Origin: an uncultured Gammaproteobacteria bacterium
Lineage (GTDB): Bacteria; Patescibacteriota; Microgenomatia; JALYQM01
Length of the DNA stretch: 64,000 nt
Assembly (NCBI GenBank): GCA_964525495.1
Contig: CAZGHS010000003.1
Coordinates: 52,022-116,021, forward strand
Direction of reading: 5' to 3'
The notes under the pieces: generated by a model
Database searches by the model: none
Told to the model about the DNA's origin: nothing
The model's input: the letters and a program-made list of their open reading frames with translations, nothing else
Shown here: positions 8,613-17,759 of the stretch, piece by piece
How the letters are laid out: each line of letters begins with the position of its first letter
How positions within the stretch are numbered: the stretch's first letter is position 1
Translations under genes and position numbers: made by a program

Positions 8613-9377
8613 ATGACAACTTCGCGACTTTCTATTATATGGCAGGACGAGCACTTGCTAGTGCTTGATAAGCCTCCTTATATTTCTGTAAATCCATCTG
8701 AGACAGAGAAAGATGAGACTTTAGTCGGTCTTGTTTCCTCTGAACTCGGAATTCCACTCGAGCGAGCTGGAATTATTCATCGACTCGATAAAAACACTTC
8801 GGGTGTGTTGCTGGTAGCTAAAGATCTAGAGACATTAGAGAAAATGCAGGCACAGTTTAAGTCTCGTGAAGTACATAAAGAGTATGTGGCTCTCGTGCAT
8901 GGAAATGTCGATAGCCTTACCGGTACGATCGATGCGCCGATAGATCGCAATCCTGTGAATCGTGAGCGGTTTACTGTAGTGGGGGGTGGACGTGAGTCTG
9001 TGACTGATTTTCGAGTAGAGAAGCGGTTCTCTCTTTCTATGGAACGAATAGAGGAGATGGTTGATGATATGAAGAAGAAGGAGCGTGTGTTTTTTGAGAA
9101 TGAAGCGACGAAATATACTTTTGTTCGCCTTTTTCCTAAGACCGGTAGAACCCATCAAATCCGTGTGCATTTGAAATATATTAATCATCCAATCGTAGGA
9201 GATGAGGTATATGTAGGGCGAAAGCTGGGACGCTTTGACCACAGATGGTGTAAGCGACAGTTTTTGCATGCAGCCAAAATCTCATTTAAACATCCGATAA
9301 CTGATAAAGATATGACTTTTGAGAGCGCGTTGGCTGAAGATTTAGTTACTAGTTTGAATTTCCTCATCTCCAACTAA
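8613..9377 (+). CDS. RluA-family pseudouridine synthase
   Basis: HRLDKNTSGVLLVAKD catalytic motif. Confidence 0.85.
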   Translation: MTTSRLSIIWQDEHLLVLDKPPYISVNPSETEKDETLVGLVSSELGIPLERAGIIHRLDKNTSGVLLVAKDLETLEKMQAQFKSREVHKEYVALVHGNVDSLTGTIDAPIDRNPVNRERFTVVGGGRESVTDFRVEKRFSLSMERIEEMVDDMKKKERVFFENEATKYTFVRLFPKTGRTHQIRVHLKYINHPIVGDEVYVGRKLGRFDHRWCKRQFLHAAKISFKHPITDKDMTFESALAEDLVTSLNFLISN

Positions 9378-9412
9378 TATAAGCTTTCAAATATTTCTTA
9401 ATTTTCCTTAGT

Positions 9413-10984
9413 ATGGCTAAAACACCTGAGTTTACAAGACAACATGTATCAAGAAGGGCATGGCTGATAGCAGTGGCCGGTGGTAGTGTCGCGACTTTAG
9501 CTAGTGCTTGTGGTTTTCCAGTAGAAGTGCAACCGACGATTGCGGTGCCTACCGTAACCTTTGAACCTACAATCCCACCTACTTTAGCAGCAGAGCCTTC
9601 TCTATCTCCCACGATTGCAGTGGAGCCAACTTTACCAGCTTTGCCTACCCACCCGCCCGCGACAGCAGAGCCTACAGTAATTTCTACTGCTGTCTCTAAA
9701 CCACAAGCTGATTTTGTTTTGTCTCTTAACCCAGCAGAGCAATTGGGTAATATTGATCGGGATATGATCGGATTTGGTTTGGATAAGCGACTGGATTGGC
9801 TTAATAATGATTTACTGCCTCGAGCAATTCGTGATACACGAGCAGGTATTGTACGGTTTGGTTCAGCACAGAATGCTTTGTGGAATCTAGCTCCACGGGA
9901 GCAACCTAAGAATGTTGGGGTAATTATTGAGCATACTTTAGCTTTGGGAAGACGTATAAGAGAATCTGGTGCAAAGCCACTTTGTATTATCACGGGATAT
10001 CCCGATGGATTTAGAGAAACAGATTGGGTGCGTTATGGAAGAGAATTTGTTGCTCCTTTGATTAGAAGATGTGCTGAGGAAGGCGTGGTGTTGGATTTTG
10101 AGCTTTGGAACGAGTCAGATATAGAGACTGATGACGGAAAATTTGCTGCACTATCTACAGAAGACTATCGGGCATTAGCAAAAACAGTCGTGCCTATGAT
10201 GCGAGAAGCCAATCCTCATTCAGTCATTTATGGTCCTGCAGCGCCTCATAAAGATAGTCATTTGATTCCTCTAGGACTACAAGAAAAGTTGTTTGATGTC
10301 ATGACTCATCATAACTATGCGCCTCCAGTAACAGCACAGAATATGGACAGTCTGATCGAATATGCTCGTCAGAATTATCAACGGGATTTGGGAAATAAAA
10401 TAGCCATGCATCCACGTTGGGGAATTACTGAATATAATGCCTCTCCAACCTATGATTTTGGTCCGTTTCAGAACCCTGATGCCCGAACAGAGCAATATGC
10501 GGGTATGTATTATATGTTGGCTTCGTATTTTGGATGGAGCGTCGCGGCTGAGTGTATGATTATTTATGCTCTGGATGAAGCCGGCGCCTCACCTGTGCAA
10601 GCACTAGCTCCTAAGGGAATCTATCGCCGAAGAGTGGATGCTTTGAAGGTATTAGGGCAGAATGTCGGGTCGACTTTTATTAAGACTATTGAAGGCCGTG
10701 CCGTAGATATTCATCCCCAGAACTCGAATTTGCAGTACATCTCGAGTATTGATGCGACAGGAGATAATGCTCAAATTGTAATCATGAATACGCATCTTGA
10801 ACGGCAGGTTTCTCTAGGAATTGATGTCGTAGGTCAAACTCCAGCCGAGGCTCAAGTGTCTTATTTTAGCCAGAGTAGAGCATATGCTATGGAAAATGTA
10901 CAGGCTCCAGGTGGTCGAGTGCCAATTAGTCTGGAAGGTCTTAGTGCTGTCGGAGTGACTATACCTGTACGTAGGATTGCCTGA
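9413..10984 (+). CDS. Secreted protein with Pro/Thr-rich tandem repeats and possible GH clan-A (TIM-barrel glycosidase)-like domain
   Basis: Signal/TM AWLIAVAGGSVATLASA. Repeats PTIAVPTVTFEPTIPPTLAAEPSLSPTIAVEPTLP. FELWNESD resembles the NEP acid/base motif of clan GH-A, which is weak evidence. Confidence 0.45.
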   Translation: MAKTPEFTRQHVSRRAWLIAVAGGSVATLASACGFPVEVQPTIAVPTVTFEPTIPPTLAAEPSLSPTIAVEPTLPALPTHPPATAEPTVISTAVSKPQADFVLSLNPAEQLGNIDRDMIGFGLDKRLDWLNNDLLPRAIRDTRAGIVRFGSAQNALWNLAPREQPKNVGVIIEHTLALGRRIRESGAKPLCIITGYPDGFRETDWVRYGREFVAPLIRRCAEEGVVLDFELWNESDIETDDGKFAALSTEDYRALAKTVVPMMREANPHSVIYGPAAPHKDSHLIPLGLQEKLFDVMTHHNYAPPVTAQNMDSLIEYARQNYQRDLGNKIAMHPRWGITEYNASPTYDFGPFQNPDARTEQYAGMYYMLASYFGWSVAAECMIIYALDEAGASPVQALAPKGIYRRRVDALKVLGQNVGSTFIKTIEGRAVDIHPQNSNLQYISSIDATGDNAQIVIMNTHLERQVSLGIDVVGQTPAEAQVSYFSQSRAYAMENVQAPGGRVPISLEGLSAVGVTIPVRRIA

Positions 10985-11098
10985 TTGGCTTCGTTACTGT
11001 ATAATTCCCCAAGTATTTAATTATTACGCACACTTATCGTGAATCCTTGTTTAAGCTGTTGCTTAAATCAGATAAGTGGAGGTTGAAAGGAGTTCAAT

Positions 11099-11887
11099 AT
11101 GTCAACCCAACAGGATATCTCAATGCGCGAACTTTTAGAGGCAGGCGCGCACTTCGGTCACCAGTCACGTCGATGGAATCCGAAGATGAAGCCTTATATT
11201 TATCAATCCCGCGATAACATCCATGTCATCGATTTGGCACAGACCGCTCAAGGTTTGCAGGAAGCTTGCGATTATATTCGCGACTTGATCGCTGCTGGCG
11301 GAAATGTGTTGTTTGTTGGTACAAAGCGACAAGCAAAAGAGCTTCTTAAAGAGCATGCTAAGGCTGCTGGAATGCCTTTTGTTGTAGAACGATGGGTAGG
11401 TGGAATGCTTACGAACTGGGATACAATTCAGAAAAATATTGGTCGATACAAGACTTACAAGCGACAGTTTGAAACAGGTGAACTTGCTCAGTATACTAAG
11501 AAAGAACAGTCATTAATTGCAAAAGAAACAGAACGACTTGAAAAGGTTTATGAAGGTCTTGTCGATATTGATAAGATTCCTGACGTTCTTTTTGTTGTTG
11601 ATGTTCGTAAAGAAAAAATTGCTGTAAAGGAAGCTAAGCGTCGTGGAATCCCAATCATCGGTGTTTGCGATACTAACTGTGATCCTACTATGGTAGACAT
11701 TGTTATTCCAGCAAATGATGATGCTTTGAAGGCTATAGAGTATATCGTTACTCGAGTAACTTCAGCTGCAGCAGCTGGTCGAGCTAAAGTCGGTACAGTT
11801 AAGAAAGACGAAGAAGAAGCAACTGATGATAAAGATGCTAAGCCAAAGCGAAAAGTTAAAGCAAAGAAAGATGGCGAAGAGAAGTAA
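11099..11887 (+). CDS. rpsB: 30S ribosomal protein S2
   Basis: ELLEAGAHFGHQSRRWNPKM; Lys/Glu-rich C-terminal tail. Confidence 0.95.
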   Translation: MSTQQDISMRELLEAGAHFGHQSRRWNPKMKPYIYQSRDNIHVIDLAQTAQGLQEACDYIRDLIAAGGNVLFVGTKRQAKELLKEHAKAAGMPFVVERWVGGMLTNWDTIQKNIGRYKTYKRQFETGELAQYTKKEQSLIAKETERLEKVYEGLVDIDKIPDVLFVVDVRKEKIAVKEAKRRGIPIIGVCDTNCDPTMVDIVIPANDDALKAIEYIVTRVTSAAAAGRAKVGTVKKDEEEATDDKDAKPKRKVKAKKDGEEK

Positions 11888-11890
11888 TTG

Positions 11891-11977
11891 ATTTAATTGC
11901 CGCTGCAGTGCACATTTTTGTAGTGATTGTCCCTCTGGACTTAACGAAAAAAATGTGCACAAAATAGGCAATTAAAT
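11891..11977. repeat. Palindromic intergenic repeat family B, copy 2 (inverted relative to copy 1), rpsB-tsf spacer
   Basis: ATTTAATTGCCGCTGCAGTGCACATTTTT...AAAAATGTGCACAAAATAGGCAATTAAAT. Core is the reverse complement of 4518..4578. Confidence 0.75.
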
Positions 11978-12012
11978 AGAAAGATAATATCGTTTGAAAA
12001 CAAGGAGATTTT

Positions 12013-12471
12013 ATGGCAGTTACGGCTGAAATGGTTAAAGAGCTTCGAGAAAAAACTGGAGCTGGAATTATGAACTGTCGTCGTGCTTTGGATAAAGCAG
12101 AAGGCGATATGAAAAAGGCAGAAGAGATATTACTCGCAGAGGGTATTGAGAAGGCAGATAAGAAATCTGACCGCGAAACTGGTGCTGGTTCAGTATTTAG
12201 TTATATTCACGGTCCAGGTAAAGTTGGAGTTTTGGTTGAAATCGCTTGTGAAACTGATTTCGTTGCTAAGACAGAAGCTTTTCAGTCACTTGGTCGTGAA
12301 GTAGGAATGCAGATCTCTGCTATGAATCCTGCTGACGTTGCAGAATTGCTCGCTCAAGTTTATATTAGAGATAGTAAATTAACTATCCAAGAATTGGTAA
12401 AGTCAAAGATTGCTGGTCTTGGAGAGAATATTGTTATTCGCCGATTTATTCGTTACGAATTGGGTGCTTAA
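12013..12471 (+). CDS. tsf: Elongation factor Ts (short form)
   Basis: MVKELREKTGAGIMNCRRAL UBA-like N-terminus. 152 aa. Confidence 0.85.
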   Translation: MAVTAEMVKELREKTGAGIMNCRRALDKAEGDMKKAEEILLAEGIEKADKKSDRETGAGSVFSYIHGPGKVGVLVEIACETDFVAKTEAFQSLGREVGMQISAMNPADVAELLAQVYIRDSKLTIQELVKSKIAGLGENIVIRRFIRYELGA

Positions 12472-12482
12472 AGGAGCATGTT

Positions 12483-13025
12483 ATGGATCTTGATTCTTCG
12501 ATGCAAAAATGTGTAGATGCGCTAAAAATTGAATTGCAGAGCGTAAGAACAGGACGTGCTACTCCGGCAATAGTCGAGAATATAATGGTTGAAGTGTACG
12601 GCACAAATATGCGCGTTATGGAATTGGCTACAATTTTAGCTGCTGACGCGCATACGATCACTATTCAGCCATGGGACATGGGTAATTTAACTCCTATCCG
12701 AAAAGGTATTGAAGAGGCGAATGTTGGTTTGAATCCACAGATTGATGCATCGAATATTATTCGTATTGCGATTCCACCACTTAATGAAGAGCGACGAAAA
12801 GAACTCGTGAAGCGAGTAAAACAGATTGTCGAAGATTTTAAGGTGAAATTAAGAATGACACGGCAAGATGCTGTTAAGGACATTGAGAAAATGGAAAAAG
12901 ATAAGGAAATCTCAGAGGATGAAGCGAAGCGACAGAAAGAAAAAGTGCAGAAGACAACTGACACATATTCTGCTAAGATAGATGAAATTGGCAGCGGCAA
13001 AGAAGCTGATTTAATGAAAGTTTAA
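12483..13025 (+). CDS. frr: Ribosome recycling factor
   Basis: LKIELQSVRTGRATPAIVENIMVEVYG. Confidence 0.9.
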   Translation: MDLDSSMQKCVDALKIELQSVRTGRATPAIVENIMVEVYGTNMRVMELATILAADAHTITIQPWDMGNLTPIRKGIEEANVGLNPQIDASNIIRIAIPPLNEERRKELVKRVKQIVEDFKVKLRMTRQDAVKDIEKMEKDKEISEDEAKRQKEKVQKTTDTYSAKIDEIGSGKEADLMKV

Positions 13026-13028
13026 TTC

Positions 13029-14132
13029 ATGGACATACTTATCTTTATTTTTATCCTCCTCGGGCTTGTGATTGTTCACGAGTGGGGACACTATATTGCT
13101 GCTAAAAAGAGCGGTGTTCGCGTTGAAGAGTTTGGTTTTGGTATTCCTCCACGAGTGTTTGGTAAAAAATTTGGTCCAGAACCTAAGCCAGGTGAAGAGG
13201 ATGATCGTACGCTTTTTTCCTTAAACTTGCTTCCTATTGGTGGATTTGTTCGTATGACAGGAGAAGATTCTGTCTATAATGACGAGCGAGATCCTAAGAA
13301 TTTTCAAAATGCAAAGCTTATAAATCGAATGGTGATCGTGTTGGCTGGCGTATTCATGAACTTTATTGTGGGTATTGGGCTGTTTGCAATCGTATATTCG
13401 TATACTGGCATTCCTGATAACCCTCCAGTGATTGATGTGCTTGTTGAGAACGTTGCAGAGAATTCACCTGCTAAAACTGTTGGTCTTCAATCGAAAGATC
13501 GAATTGTGTCTATTAATGACATGCAGGTAAAAAGTTCTGACGCGTTGGTTAAAGTTGTAGGCGAGAATTTGGATAAAGAAGTAAATCTGGTAGTGATGCG
13601 TGGTGCGCGTGAAATAAATGTTACTGTAGTTCCGCGTAGTAATCCTCCTGAAGGGCAGGGAGCTCTCGGAGTAGAGTTGGGACAAGATGTGCGGACTACG
13701 TTCTATCCTTGGTATGTAATGCCGTTCCACGGAATTGCAGCGGGTATGCGGGATACTGCGGAAATGGCTAAGCAGATAGTTCCTGCGTTGTCTAATTTGG
13801 TGGGAACAATAGTTATGCAGCAGAAAGTGCCTGAAGATGTGTCAGGTCCTGTGGGGATAGCTCGTGCGTCTTCAATGTTCTGTGGCGGTGGAATACTTCC
13901 TTGTTTGCAGTTTGCTGGTTTGTTGTCTGTTAACTTAGCAATATTTAATTTGCTTCCGATCCCAGCGCTTGATGGTGGACGATTGATGTTTATGATCTAT
14001 GAGGCTATTACACGACGACGTGCGAGTGCGAAGCTTGAGCAGTGGGCTCATACTATCGGGTTTGTGTTGTTATTGCTTTTGATTGTTCTTGTGACGTACA
14101 AGGATATCTTCTTTGGGACTGCGTTTAAGTAA
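13029..14132 (+). CDS. rseP: RIP zinc metalloprotease RseP (site-2 protease) with PDZ domain
   Basis: HEWGHYIAAK HExxH in a TM helix; PDZ region; C-terminal LLPIPALDGG. Confidence 0.85.
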   Translation: MDILIFIFILLGLVIVHEWGHYIAAKKSGVRVEEFGFGIPPRVFGKKFGPEPKPGEEDDRTLFSLNLLPIGGFVRMTGEDSVYNDERDPKNFQNAKLINRMVIVLAGVFMNFIVGIGLFAIVYSYTGIPDNPPVIDVLVENVAENSPAKTVGLQSKDRIVSINDMQVKSSDALVKVVGENLDKEVNLVVMRGAREINVTVVPRSNPPEGQGALGVELGQDVRTTFYPWYVMPFHGIAAGMRDTAEMAKQIVPALSNLVGTIVMQQKVPEDVSGPVGIARASSMFCGGGILPCLQFAGLLSVNLAIFNLLPIPALDGGRLMFMIYEAITRRRASAKLEQWAHTIGFVLLLLLIVLVTYKDIFFGTAFK

Positions 14133-14155
14133 CTTGTTGGTCCAATGTCTCGAAC

Positions 14156-14367
14156 ATTCTTTTTTCTTATTCGAACAAGTTCATGACATTACTTTCATAG
14201 AGAGATTTATCTGCGCTATTCATTCCTTTCCCTTATTGTTTTGCTAGGACGGAAGTTCTCATTGCGAAAGAAAGAAAATTCTTCGCCATTGCATAGCCTA
14301 AAATATTCACTGTAGAAAAATACATTGATCGCTCCATAGTAAGAATATACTTCGATATTACTTCTAA
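14156..14367. repeat. Intergenic repeat family A, copy 2 (about 212 nt, with a roughly 70-nt insertion)
   Basis: Same three conserved blocks as 831..970. Block 3 overlaps the stop codon of the Clp-like gene. Confidence 0.7.
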
Positions 14368-16920
14368 CTAAATCTGTATTGTTTCTCCTGGTTGGATTTT
14401 GTTCTCGAGCATTTGGCGGGCGAGGTTTGATTCAATAGTATCTTGGAGTACACGTTGGAGTGGACGTGCACCAAGCTCAGGGTTGTATCCTTTTTTAATT
14501 ACTTGATCGATAGTCTGTGGAGAGAATGTAACCGTGATTTTTTGTTCGTTGTACAGTTGCTTGGCAATTTGAGTGAGTTCTATATCCACAATTTTTCTGA
14601 GTAACCCTGGAGTGAGTGGTTTGAAAATAATGATATCGTCGAAGCGGTTTAGGAATTCGACGCGGAAATATTTATCCAGAATGTGGTAGATTTCTTTATT
14701 TACCTGCTCGTAACTATCTGGTGACGCATTCTTTTGGAACAAATCTGTGATAGTTTGCGTGCCTGCATTGCTGGTCGCGATGAAGATCGCCTCGTTGCAG
14801 TGAACGGTGCTGCCATATGCGTCGGTAAGTCGCCCGTCGTCCAGCACTTGGAGGAAAATATCTAAGATTTGTGGGTGAGCTTTTTCTAATTCGTCGAGTA
14901 ACACTAATGAGAATGGTTGACGTTTAAGTTGTTCTGTAAGTGTGAGATAAGATGTGTTTGAGCTGGCTGATCCGATAAGACGTTCAATACTTTGTTGGTT
15001 TTGGAATTCGCTCATGTCGAGACGAATCATGCGGGCTTCATCGCCATAATATTCTTCAGCTAAGACTTTAGCCATTTTTGTTTTGCCGACACCTGTCGGT
15101 CCGACGAAAAGGAATGAACCGATTGGCTTGTTTTTATTTCTCAACCCCATGCGATTGCGGCGGAGAATTTCAGCAACGGCACTAACTGCTTCTGTTTGAC
15201 CAACTATCTTTTGTGAGAACGCGTCTTCGAGATGTAATAGCTTATTTGCTTCGGATTCTTCAGTATCACCGACTTTGATATTGAGTTTTTTGGAGACTAC
15301 TTCGTTTATAAGTGGTTCGAGGATTGGTGTACGATTCCCGTAAATGGTGTTCCAATGTGTATTTGTGCGAAGAGTACGTGATGCCGCTACAATGTCTTCG
15401 AGCAAGCGTAGGCCTTTTTGAGGAAAATTATCATCAAACACATATTCTTTGGCGTAGTTATATATTTTTTCAATGATAGGGTAGGGAAGGTATATTGGAC
15501 TTTTGGTTTCATACTCTAGAGCTTCATTGAAAAGTATTGAAGTGGTTTCATTGTAGGTGGGTTCTCCGACATGAACTATCGTAAATTCTTTAGTAAAGGC
15601 TGCGTTTTTGTCCTCGATTTGTTTAAACTGTTGAGGAGTTAACGATCCTATCAGGTGTAACTTGTTGCGTGATAGAGGCTCTTGGAGGATGGAAAAGAGA
15701 CTAAGCGTGCCTGCAGCAGTGATTTCGAGGGCACTTTTAAAATCATTCAGATAGACTACTATGTTTCCGCTGCGATTGATCTCACTGATGATATTTTCGA
15801 TGCGCTGCTCGAATGCGCCTTTTTCAGTTGCTCCGGCATATAATCTACCGATATCTAGTTGGACTATGCGTTTGCTCCAAAGAAATCCCTTGATGTCTCC
15901 TTTATTAATTCCCTGCGCTATTTCTTCTACGAGTGTGTCTTTGCCAACTCCGATATCTCCGACCATGAGAACACTTGCAGACATGTTTTTTTGAAGACCC
16001 TGTTCGATCTCAGAAACTAGCTCGTGTCTGATGACCCGCTTCGTATTTTGCATAGAAATAGCAGATAGATCACGGCTGAATTGGTTTAATACTGGTGTAA
16101 CTGTGCCTTGCCATGTGACGTTAGTGCCGCCACTTGTATGGAGTAAGTAGTCTTCGTCCCACAGATTAGGATAGTGGTGAAGCAGATATTCATATTCATC
16201 CCAGTTAATATATTTTTTGAAGTACTCAAGATCGGTTTTGTTTTTTAATAAAAGTGTCTGCAAATCCGATTCACGGGCAAGTAGGTGCGCTAGTAAGACG
16301 TGGATTGGGCGTATTTGTCGAAGGTGATAGGTGTCACTGAGAGATCGAAGTTGTTGCTCTATTGCGACGACACTTGCCTGCGTAAGCATGAGTTCCGTAA
16401 TCTGAGGTTCGGTAAGTAATGTACGTTGGAGGAAATGCTTTGTGGAACTAGTATGAATTAAGCGGTTGATATATTCAGCATCTGGTTGTGAATTTAAGAA
16501 GAAGCGTGCTTCCTGTATAGCAAAGAGGGCAAGATCTTGTGTTGGATATTTGTGAGGATATAGCTTGGTTGGTTCTTTGCGTGTGTAGAGGAAATAGTAG
16601 GCGATTGCGAGAATCGGAATGACGAGTACTATTGGCTCTACTATCCACGCGGCAAGGGATAAAAACCAAGCGAGTGGAATTGCTAATAATAAAATGGATG
16701 CAGTGCTGAGGACTGATACTCCAATAATGATCACAATTGTGCGCGCGATAAAGCTCATGATACGGCCAAAATACGATTTATCGCCAAAAATTGGTGCAAA
16801 GAAGAATCTAATATTTACTCCGAGGCCTATGAGATCTTCAAGAATACGGAGAACATGCCAGATAAAATATAGCTGTGCCTTTGGAGCACGGAAGAAGTAC
16901 CAGCTGAGGAAATCAATCAT
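14368..16920 (-). CDS. Membrane-anchored Clp/Hsp100-family AAA+ ATPase (degenerate D1, canonical D2)
   Basis: Two predicted N-terminal TM helices (IIIGVSVLSTASILLLAIPLAWFLSLAAWIVEPIVLVIPILAIAYYF). D1 P-loop GDIGVGKDT and Walker B LNDF are both off consensus. D2 is canonical: FVGPTGVGKTKMA, LVLLDELEKAHP, sensor-2 GARPLQR. Confidence 0.8.
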   Translation of the reverse strand: MIDFLSWYFFRAPKAQLYFIWHVLRILEDLIGLGVNIRFFFAPIFGDKSYFGRIMSFIARTIVIIIGVSVLSTASILLLAIPLAWFLSLAAWIVEPIVLVIPILAIAYYFLYTRKEPTKLYPHKYPTQDLALFAIQEARFFLNSQPDAEYINRLIHTSSTKHFLQRTLLTEPQITELMLTQASVVAIEQQLRSLSDTYHLRQIRPIHVLLAHLLARESDLQTLLLKNKTDLEYFKKYINWDEYEYLLHHYPNLWDEDYLLHTSGGTNVTWQGTVTPVLNQFSRDLSAISMQNTKRVIRHELVSEIEQGLQKNMSASVLMVGDIGVGKDTLVEEIAQGINKGDIKGFLWSKRIVQLDIGRLYAGATEKGAFEQRIENIISEINRSGNIVVYLNDFKSALEITAAGTLSLFSILQEPLSRNKLHLIGSLTPQQFKQIEDKNAAFTKEFTIVHVGEPTYNETTSILFNEALEYETKSPIYLPYPIIEKIYNYAKEYVFDDNFPQKGLRLLEDIVAASRTLRTNTHWNTIYGNRTPILEPLINEVVSKKLNIKVGDTEESEANKLLHLEDAFSQKIVGQTEAVSAVAEILRRNRMGLRNKNKPIGSFLFVGPTGVGKTKMAKVLAEEYYGDEARMIRLDMSEFQNQQSIERLIGSASSNTSYLTLTEQLKRQPFSLVLLDELEKAHPQILDIFLQVLDDGRLTDAYGSTVHCNEAIFIATSNAGTQTITDLFQKNASPDSYEQVNKEIYHILDKYFRVEFLNRFDDIIIFKPLTPGLLRKIVDIELTQIAKQLYNEQKITVTFSPQTIDQVIKKGYNPELGARPLQRVLQDTIESNLARQMLENKIQPGETIQI

Positions 16921-16991
16921 GCAATTAGTGTAGTATGTTTTAGAACTTGAGTAAACAAAGTGTTGTTTGATATACTTATGATCAGTTAATC

Positions 16992-17065
16992 GGATTCTTA
17001 GCTCAGTTGGTTAGAGCGCCACATTGACATTGTGGAGGTCAGAGGTTCGAGTCCTCTAGGATCCA
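16992..17065 (+). tRNA. tRNA-Val (anticodon GAC)
   Basis: GGATTCTTAGCTCAGTTGGTTAGAGCGCCACATTGACATTGTGGAGGTCAGAGGTTCGAGTCCTCTAGGATCCA. Acceptor and TPsiC arms are canonical. CCA is not encoded. Confidence 0.9.
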
Positions 17066-17072
17066 CTTTATT

Positions 17073-17303
17073 ATGACAAGAAAAGATATTTATTGTAATC
17101 CTCCGGAGCTCCCTGTTGAAGAAATTAAGTGCGATGCTTTAACGTCTACTCCTACTAGTCGTAGTTATTGCCGTTTTGGCGAAGGAGGACAGTGGGGTGT
17201 TTGTGCGGTTCTTTCAGCACAACTAGGAAAGCGTGACCTTCAATTGAAAGCAGGAACGAAGTGTACCCTTGCTGACTTACTAAGTACTCGACGCATTCGT
17301 TGA
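17073..17303 (+). CDS. Small Cys-containing hypothetical ORF (doubtful)
   Basis: 76-aa ORF with 5 Cys directly after tRNA-Val. No RBS. Confidence 0.25.
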   Translation: MTRKDIYCNPPELPVEEIKCDALTSTPTSRSYCRFGEGGQWGVCAVLSAQLGKRDLQLKAGTKCTLADLLSTRRIR

Positions 17304-17386
17304 TGCTGCTTTTACTGGAACAGTTTGTCAATTATTTTGACTATTTTGTCATGTACTTTTTTACGGTTCTTATATAAATTTATATT

Positions 17387-17749
17387 ATGAATGACGGTGA
17401 TTTTAAACGTATTGAAGATATGATGGTACGAGTTGTGACAGATGCTACAATACCAATATATAAGCGTCTTGATAGACATGAAAATTTGCTACATGGCCAT
17501 GATAAAAAATTTGATAATATTAAAGCAAAATTGGACCATATATCAAAAGTTGTTGATGAGCATAGCGAAGCTATAGTTGAATTAGATGCTAAAGTTACTG
17601 ACCTTCAAGGGGATATAGTTATTGTTAAAGATGACGTAAAAAGCATAAAAAGTCATTTAGAAGTGTCGGATAAGCGCGTCCAGCGGATTGAAGAGTCATT
17701 TAGTGTATTGAAAGAAAAAGATAATAAAGGGTATAATCCAACTACTTAA
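17387..17749 (+). CDS. Hypothetical coiled-coil protein in locally AT-rich DNA
   Basis: Heptad-like K/E/D-rich sequence. About 33% GC, against about 40% in the flanks. Confidence 0.45.
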   Translation: MNDGDFKRIEDMMVRVVTDATIPIYKRLDRHENLLHGHDKKFDNIKAKLDHISKVVDEHSEAIVELDAKVTDLQGDIVIVKDDVKSIKSHLEVSDKRVQRIEESFSVLKEKDNKGYNPTT

Positions 17750-17759
17750 GACAAGAGGG

